Shown piece by piece: positions 58,098 through 64,000 of a stretch of DNA of 64,000 nt. Positions within the stretch are counted from its first letter, which is position 1. Every line of letters starts with the position of its first letter. The translations under genes and the position numbers were made by a program. Location of the stretch: NCBI GenBank assembly GCA_963674865.2, contig CAXXYE010000001.1:32001-96000 (forward strand), given 5' to 3'. The notes beneath the pieces were generated by a model. It was not told where the DNA came from. It ran no database searches and saw only the letters and a program-made list of their open reading frames with translations. Origin of the DNA: Candidatus Hydrogenedentota bacterium. Its GTDB lineage: Bacteria; Hydrogenedentota; Hydrogenedentia; Hydrogenedentales; SLHB01.

Positions 58098-58311
58098 GGG
58101 AAATCCTTACCTTGAAGTACGTGTCAGAAAGAAACGCGGAGCAGCGGCCATTATAACCATCCGCCTGCGGCCCCTTGCAAACGCCGGCCCTGCGGTGCAG
58201 CAGACCTTGTGAGGCCATATCCTCCGTTTGTTACGCCGCACGTGATGTCGTATCATACTGGGCCTTGCCCGTCTTGCGGAGGTTGCGGCCGGGGCCGCGG
58301 AGTCTGGCAAC

Positions 58312-59394
58312 ATGACGCATCGGGAACGCTTCTGCCGGCTATACGACTTTCAGAAGGTCGACCGTCCGACCCGCTGGGAGGCAGTCGCCTTCTGGCCGCA
58401 AACCGTACGCGAATGGAAGGCGTCCGGCGGGCTGCCCGAAGACGCAGATGTCATGGCCCATTACGGATTCGATCCATGGCCTATCATAACCGGCGGCCTC
58501 GGAGGTACCTCCATGCGCCTATCCGGCCCCGAAGTGACGTCGCGCGTCGTTCGGGACGAGGGCGACACCCAGGTTTGGCAAGACGACCTTGGCAAGGTGT
58601 GGCGCGTCCGTTCCGATGGCGGGGAGAGCATGCCCCGTTGGATACGGTTTCCCGTCGAGAGTCACACCGACTGGCTCAATAAGATCAAGCCGCGTCTCGA
58701 TCCCGCCGCCCATGATTACGGCGCCCTAATCGAGCAATCCCGCGCTGTCTCCGATTCTCAGGGCCCGGTTGGCTGCTTCCTTGTTGGCCTTTATGCCTTC
58801 TGGCGGAACTTCTGGGGAATGGAGAAGCTCTCTTACGCCTTCTTTGAAGCCCCGCATACCCTCCACGACATGGCCAGGACCTGGCTAAGGATGCACTGTG
58901 AATGTACCCCCCGTGTCTTCGAGTCCGTTAACGTCGATTACATGCTCTTCCACGAGGATATGGCCTTCAAGAACGGCCCGCTCATCGGGCCCGACCTCTT
59001 CGACGCCTTCATGGCCCCTTACTACCGGGAGTTCCTGGACCACTTGCGCGGGTATGGCCAACATCGGTTCATGGTCGATTCCGACGGCCACAACGGCCCC
59101 GTGCTCGACCGCTTCATTGCCCTCGGCATTAACGGCCTTTTCCCATTCGAGGTGGCCGCGGGCTACGATATCGGTCGCGTCCGCGCCGAGCGCCCCGGCT
59201 TCTTTATTTGGGGCGGCATCGACAAGCGTGTCCTGCTCGAAGGAAAGGACGCCATCAAGCGTGAAGTGATAGAGAAGGTGCCTGCTGTCTGGGAAACCGG
59301 GGGCTTCATACCCGCCATTGATCATGCGATCCCGCCGTGTCCCCAGGAGAACTTCGAGTACTTCCTGGAATTAACGCGAAGTCTGTTCCAATAG
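58312..59394 (+). CDS. UroD/methyltransferase superfamily protein
   Basis: MTHRERF, WGMEKL, EDMAFKNGPLIGP, DSDG, WGGIDK, GGFIPAIDH. Confidence 0.85.
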   Translation: MTHRERFCRLYDFQKVDRPTRWEAVAFWPQTVREWKASGGLPEDADVMAHYGFDPWPIITGGLGGTSMRLSGPEVTSRVVRDEGDTQVWQDDLGKVWRVRSDGGESMPRWIRFPVESHTDWLNKIKPRLDPAAHDYGALIEQSRAVSDSQGPVGCFLVGLYAFWRNFWGMEKLSYAFFEAPHTLHDMARTWLRMHCECTPRVFESVNVDYMLFHEDMAFKNGPLIGPDLFDAFMAPYYREFLDHLRGYGQHRFMVDSDGHNGPVLDRFIALGINGLFPFEVAAGYDIGRVRAERPGFFIWGGIDKRVLLEGKDAIKREVIEKVPAVWETGGFIPAIDHAIPPCPQENFEYFLELTRSLFQ

Positions 59395-59450
59395 CGAAAG
59401 CGCGGCCATCGTTGGATGCCATCGTGCGGCCGCTCGCCGGAGGATTGCCG

Positions 59451-62234
59451 ATGTCATGCCGCAAACGTACTCCAGCTCGCGTGAATCCCGTGCTACGCCA
59501 TGAGGCGGAGAAACGCCTCAATCTCGACGGCCAGTGGGCCTTTGCTCTCGACCCGCACAAGCAGGGCCTGGCCGATGGGTGGCCACAGGATCCCGGCGCA
59601 CTCGATGGCCGCATCGAGGTACCGGGCACCTGGCAGGGACAGGGCTTTGGCGGGGACGAGAAGGAGTGCGTACGCGATTTCCGCCTCTGGGCGCGGACCT
59701 TTCGCGCTACGTACACCGGCACCGGATGGTACGGTAAGGCCTTCTCCGTACCGCCCGAGTGGGCCGGCTCGCGCGTGTGGCTCAACTTCGGGGGCGTTCA
59801 TCCCAGCGCGGAGGTCTGGCTCAACGGCGTGCGGCTTGGTTATAACAATCTGCCCTTTGTTCCCTTCGCCTTCGAGATCAGCGACTTCCTGCAGCCCGGC
59901 AAGGCCAATCATCTGGCTGTCCGCGTCCATGAACGGAACCGCTGGCTCGGCTTCGCTTACAACTGGCAGGGCAACTGGTCCGGCCTTTATCGCGGCGTCG
60001 AACTGACCGCCACGGGCTCCATCGGCTTCGAGCGTTTTTGGGTGTGTCCCAGCGTTGAAGAGCGGGCACTCCGGCTGAGAGTGCGCCTTGATGGATTCTG
60101 TCCGTCCGGCGGCCCGCTTGCTCTCCATGTCGCGGCCCGTCACATAGACAGCGACGCCGACGTCATCGAAAGGACCTTCGAGTTTGGCCAGCGTGAAGCC
60201 GAACTGGCCCTACCCATCCCCGACCCCCGCCTCTGGAGTCCGGACACGCCTAACCTCTACCGCATCGATGCGAGCCTCTTGCAGGATGGCGCGGTCATGG
60301 ACGCGTGTGCCGAACGCGTAGGATTCGTCAGTCTCGCGGGCAAGGATAAGCAACTCCTCATCAACGGCGAGCCTTACTACATTCGCGGTACTGGCGATTT
60401 TGTGGCCTGTCCCGAAACGGGAAGCCCCGACACCGACCGCGGCCGTTGGCGTCGCAAACTCCGGACGCTGCGCGATTACGGCTACAACATGGTGCGCTGC
60501 CAATCCTATGTCTACACGCCCGAGTACCTCGACGTGGCGGACGAAGTGGGCCTGCTCATCCAGAGTGAAATGGGTATGCTCGGTGGGTGGGGCGGGATGG
60601 ACGTCTATCACGACTACTCGTGGCCGATGCCGACGCCCGACTGCCGGGCACTTCTCAAGCGGCAATGGGACAACGTCGTCATGCGTGACGTCACCCACCC
60701 TTCCGCCAATGTCTACTGCATGAGCAACGAACTCGCCTTCTTCTACTACGCGCGCACCGCCCGCCAATGCTACGAGGACACCAAGGCCATCAAACCCTCC
60801 GCCATGGTCATTTGGACGGACGGCCGCCACCATGAGAGTTTTCCCGCCGACTTCCTGAATGCTGAGGCCGGTATCGACCCGGGCAAAGACGCCGATAAGC
60901 CCCTTATCCAGCACGAGTATCGCTGGTGGAGTACGTTCCCTGACGTGCGTCTCGCGGACAAGTATTCCGGGGCCATTCGCCCCTACGGCGCCGAAATGGC
61001 CATGGAGTGCGCCGCCGCCCACGGTATTGCCCATGTACTGCCCCAGGCCGCAGAGAATAGCTGCCGCGTCCAGTTCATCGAAGCCAAAGGCAAGATGGAG
61101 GCGTGCCGCCGCGAGCATCCCATGCTCGCGGGCATCTCGCATTTTAACGCCATGGACCTTAACCCTTCGCCCCAAGGCATCATCGACGAGTTCTACGAGC
61201 GCAAGTACGCGGATGCTTCCACCTGGCGCCAGACTAATGGCGACACCGTGGTTTTGTGCAACCTTGCGTTTGACGGCCGGGCCCTTGCCGCCGGCGACAC
61301 CCTCCGCTGCGGCTTGGCTGTCTCGGACTTCTCCCATCCGCCGCTCCAACACCCGAGCATCGAGTGGAAGATTGAGAGTGGGGGAGAGGTCCTCGCGTTC
61401 GGGCGGGCCGACTTCGACCACCGCCCCTATCGCACCTGTCCCGCCGGAGATATCGAGTTCGTTGTTCCACCGGTTGCGAGCCCCCGAAAGGCGCGTCTGC
61501 GTGCCGTGCTCTTCGAGGGGGAGCGGCGCTTCACCAATACCTGGCATCTATGGCTTTTCCCAAGCGATACACGTCTGCCCGCGGGAGTCGCAGTCTACGG
61601 GGCGCCGAAATACACTTGGCTGAAGGATGTGGTGGAGTTGCCGGCCGTGGACGAAAGAGGACTCGATGTCGACAGGCTCCGCTTGATCCTCAGTGAGTGT
61701 CTCGACGACGCTCTTATTGAGTTTGCACGTGCGGGTGGGCGTGTCCTGCTTGCCGCCTCCGAGGGACTCTTGCGCCCGTTCCCGCCGAAGCTCGGCCTTA
61801 ATGTGGGCCGGTACTTTTTCACGCCGCCTGCCAACTATCCCCCGTACGAGTCCGGCCACAACGCCACCATCATCCTTGACCACCCGATGCTTGGCGCCAT
61901 GCCGCATAGAGGTTTCGCAGACCTCCACTTCTACCGCATGATCGCCGAATCCCCCGCTATCGACCTCGAGCCCCTCGGCCTGAACGATACCGACCCCGTC
62001 ATCCGCGCCATTCATTCTTACCCGGTTGGCCGGTCGCTCGGCTACATCGTCGAGCGCTTCCTCGGCCGCGGCGGTATCGTCATTTCTGCCCTCGACCTCA
62101 ATCCCGCGTGGCCCGAAGCCCGCTATCTCTTCGCCGAGCTGGCCGCCTACGCAGCGGGCGATGCGTTCTGTCCCAGCGCGGTGCTGTCGGAGGCGGCCTT
62201 GGCGGCCCTTATCGAGGCCACCGCGCTTCCCTGA
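59451..62234 (+). CDS. Glycoside hydrolase family 2-like protein
   Basis: LDGQWAF, IEVPGTW, VWLNG, LWSPDTPNLY, INGEPYYIRG, ADEVGLLIQSE, HPS...NE acid/base, QHE nucleophile. ATG 59451 follows GGAGG. Confidence 0.85.
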   Translation: MSCRKRTPARVNPVLRHEAEKRLNLDGQWAFALDPHKQGLADGWPQDPGALDGRIEVPGTWQGQGFGGDEKECVRDFRLWARTFRATYTGTGWYGKAFSVPPEWAGSRVWLNFGGVHPSAEVWLNGVRLGYNNLPFVPFAFEISDFLQPGKANHLAVRVHERNRWLGFAYNWQGNWSGLYRGVELTATGSIGFERFWVCPSVEERALRLRVRLDGFCPSGGPLALHVAARHIDSDADVIERTFEFGQREAELALPIPDPRLWSPDTPNLYRIDASLLQDGAVMDACAERVGFVSLAGKDKQLLINGEPYYIRGTGDFVACPETGSPDTDRGRWRRKLRTLRDYGYNMVRCQSYVYTPEYLDVADEVGLLIQSEMGMLGGWGGMDVYHDYSWPMPTPDCRALLKRQWDNVVMRDVTHPSANVYCMSNELAFFYYARTARQCYEDTKAIKPSAMVIWTDGRHHESFPADFLNAEAGIDPGKDADKPLIQHEYRWWSTFPDVRLADKYSGAIRPYGAEMAMECAAAHGIAHVLPQAAENSCRVQFIEAKGKMEACRREHPMLAGISHFNAMDLNPSPQGIIDEFYERKYADASTWRQTNGDTVVLCNLAFDGRALAAGDTLRCGLAVSDFSHPPLQHPSIEWKIESGGEVLAFGRADFDHRPYRTCPAGDIEFVVPPVASPRKARLRAVLFEGERRFTNTWHLWLFPSDTRLPAGVAVYGAPKYTWLKDVVELPAVDERGLDVDRLRLILSECLDDALIEFARAGGRVLLAASEGLLRPFPPKLGLNVGRYFFTPPANYPPYESGHNATIILDHPMLGAMPHRGFADLHFYRMIAESPAIDLEPLGLNDTDPVIRAIHSYPVGRSLGYIVERFLGRGGIVISALDLNPAWPEARYLFAELAAYAAGDAFCPSAVLSEAALAALIEATALP

Positions 62235-62239
62235 TGCGG

Positions 62240-63793
62240 CTAAGACGCCGCGCGCATACCGCTCGATGCCCCAAGAGCAGCCTTGATCTTAGGGCAGAGG
62301 AAGTCCGCGATCAATCCGTGGCCATAGCTGGATGGATGCACGTTATCCCACCAGACGAAGCCATTATCATAGCGCTCGGCCAAGTATCCGTGCAGGTCTA
62401 CGACCTCTATCGCGTGGGCTTCGGCGACCTGGCGCATGACGGCATGAAGGGGCAGGCCGTTGGGCGCATGCTCAATCGAGTTGGGCTCAAGGCAGAACAG
62501 CGTCTTGATCCCCCGCGTCTTGTTGAGTTCCGCCAACTGTGTAAGGCCCTGCTCGAAAGCCATCGGCACCTTGTCATTGTTGCTCAGGTTGACGATAACC
62601 AGGTCCGCTTGGAAGGCCAACCACTCCGCCTTGTAGAGTTCGGCGGCCTCTTCGGCCTTCAGGCCTTGGATGCCTGCGTTGATACACTCATAGCGCTCGT
62701 TAGGCCCGGCCTTGGTGTTCAGTCGCCTCTCACTCTGCGGGACGTAGCCGTCTGCCACGCGAGTCGCCCCCTCGCCCCATGTCTGAGAGGAACCGAGAAA
62801 GAGGATTCTTGTTGTGTTGGGAGCTCTTTCGACGGCGTGTCTGGCCCGGATGGCCTTCCGGGCCCTGGCAACTCTCTTCTGCGCCACATCCGGCTCGACC
62901 AAGGCCTGTAGTGTTTGCAGGTACCTGCCCGACAGCGACATGCCGTAGGCCGTGCTCCAGCAGACGCTCACCACCGTCAGGGTCGCGCTGAACACTACCA
63001 CGGCGATGGCCGTATCGCGGAATCCCTTGATAAAGAAGCGCATAAGCATCCAGTAGGCTATCAGAATGGCTGCCAATGCCGCCGTCGTCTGTAGGATGAC
63101 CGTGACGATACCTTGCCTATTTGAGAAGTTCTCCCGGACACGTTCGGCTCCGTCCTGCTGGATTACCTTGACATCGTCGATGAAGGCCGGTTCAAGGCCT
63201 CCGTGAAAGCCAACGCGTCCCTTCAACGCGGGGACTCCCGGCAAGTCGATATCGCAGCTATCATTGAGCGTCAGCAGCGCCCCGCTCTCATGGAATCTAA
63301 GGCGGCAAGTATTCCACGTATTGGCGCGGATCTCGCTGCAATTGAAAGGCTGCTTCTCGAGAAAGGCGCCATCATCGCGCACTTGAAGATAGGCGTTTTC
63401 AAAAAGCGGATCTACGGATAATCGAACGGCCGAATACTCCGGACGGCCCCTTCCGAACACCAGATTGACGTAGGCGCCGTCCTGAAGCATGAAGCGGAAG
63501 TCGATTTCACGCGGCACGAGCCTTTTCTTGAGGGAGACCTCGTGAAACCCGTGCCACGCCCCTAGATTCAGCCGTCCGCGCGCCAGGGCTTGTGTCCCCA
63601 GCACGAAGGGCTTCGCCCCCATAGGGGGCTTCTCGAAGGTCCGTTTCGTGCACTCCCAGCGCGCATTGTGCGCCAACGTGTTCTCGCTGGCCAGAATGCC
63701 GAGGCTTGCGGCGGCGACGGTTACGCCCATGGAAGCAACCAGCAGGCACAGCAGAATTGCCCTTCGCCAAGTGAAGTACCGTCGGGACAGCAT
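62240..63793 (-). CDS. Membrane-anchored SGNH hydrolase with an N-terminal concanavalin-like beta-sandwich
   Basis: N-terminal TM helix, a beta-rich domain (NTWNTCRL, GRVGF, IDDVKV), two more TM helices, then LGSSQTWG, INAG, LSNND, DNVHP. Confidence 0.75.
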   Translation of the reverse strand: MLSRRYFTWRRAILLCLLVASMGVTVAAASLGILASENTLAHNARWECTKRTFEKPPMGAKPFVLGTQALARGRLNLGAWHGFHEVSLKKRLVPREIDFRFMLQDGAYVNLVFGRGRPEYSAVRLSVDPLFENAYLQVRDDGAFLEKQPFNCSEIRANTWNTCRLRFHESGALLTLNDSCDIDLPGVPALKGRVGFHGGLEPAFIDDVKVIQQDGAERVRENFSNRQGIVTVILQTTAALAAILIAYWMLMRFFIKGFRDTAIAVVVFSATLTVVSVCWSTAYGMSLSGRYLQTLQALVEPDVAQKRVARARKAIRARHAVERAPNTTRILFLGSSQTWGEGATRVADGYVPQSERRLNTKAGPNERYECINAGIQGLKAEEAAELYKAEWLAFQADLVIVNLSNNDKVPMAFEQGLTQLAELNKTRGIKTLFCLEPNSIEHAPNGLPLHAVMRQVAEAHAIEVVDLHGYLAERYDNGFVWWDNVHPSSYGHGLIADFLCPKIKAALGASSGMRAAS

Positions 63794-64000
63794 AATCCTT
63801 TTGATTACGCTTATCCTCGAGGTTCTGCGAGGCCTTGGAAATGGCGCAGTAATCGAGCTACGTGTCAACACAATGAGTACAACACCTTCCGAGCGGCAAG
63901 GTTCCCCAAGGGCTGTTCTTAGTCATGCAAGGTCCTTCACTACGCAGCCGCTCTATCACCAGAACAGCCCAATGAGGAGGTCACGAACACTCCTCGCTGC

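Noticed and set aside
63919..64000. Possible 3' end of a minus-strand gene at the window edge
   Set aside because: Too little sequence to fix a frame or product.

Overview
A GC-rich bacterial chromosomal segment with about 50 genes. GC is roughly 60-65% judged by eye, not computed. The gene mix resembles a glycan-degrading lineage such as Candidatus Hydrogenedentota or the PVC group, which is a weak inference. The left half (1-28.5 kb) is mostly housekeeping: a putative four-gene purine-nucleotide operon (B-box/TPR protein, metallophosphoesterase, dgt, purine nucleoside phosphorylase), galK, a secreted EF-hand protein, coaE, tsaB-rimI, an HU/IHF gene, a site-2 protease, a type-2 valS, and an FMN-riboswitch-controlled ribD-ribE-ribBA-ribH-nusB-PHP operon. 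It also carries a complete IS4-family (IS10-like) element at 19625-20855 with a 9-bp target duplication, and two fold-intact but active-site-altered paralogs (MqnA-like and GH116-like). The right half (28.7-64 kb) is a carbohydrate and small-molecule catabolic region: sialidase-like, GH20-like, GH2, DUF4450-like, sulfatase, CocE and SGNH esterases, four Gfo/Idh/MocA oxidoreductases, two UroD/MtaA-like proteins, and a ~1200-aa LamG/CARDB gene split by two single-base frameshifts. The best candidate for an undescribed system is the seven-enzyme operon at 49887-58097 (3 Gfo/Idh/MocA, 2-hydroxyacid dehydrogenase, class III aminotransferase, ArgE-like deacylase, Zn-dehydrogenase), divergent from a UroD-like/GH2 pair. 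It looks like a pathway for an N-acylated, possibly methylated, amino sugar or aminocyclitol. I saw no tRNA, rRNA, CRISPR array or prophage. All family calls come from recognising motifs by eye; no database search was run.
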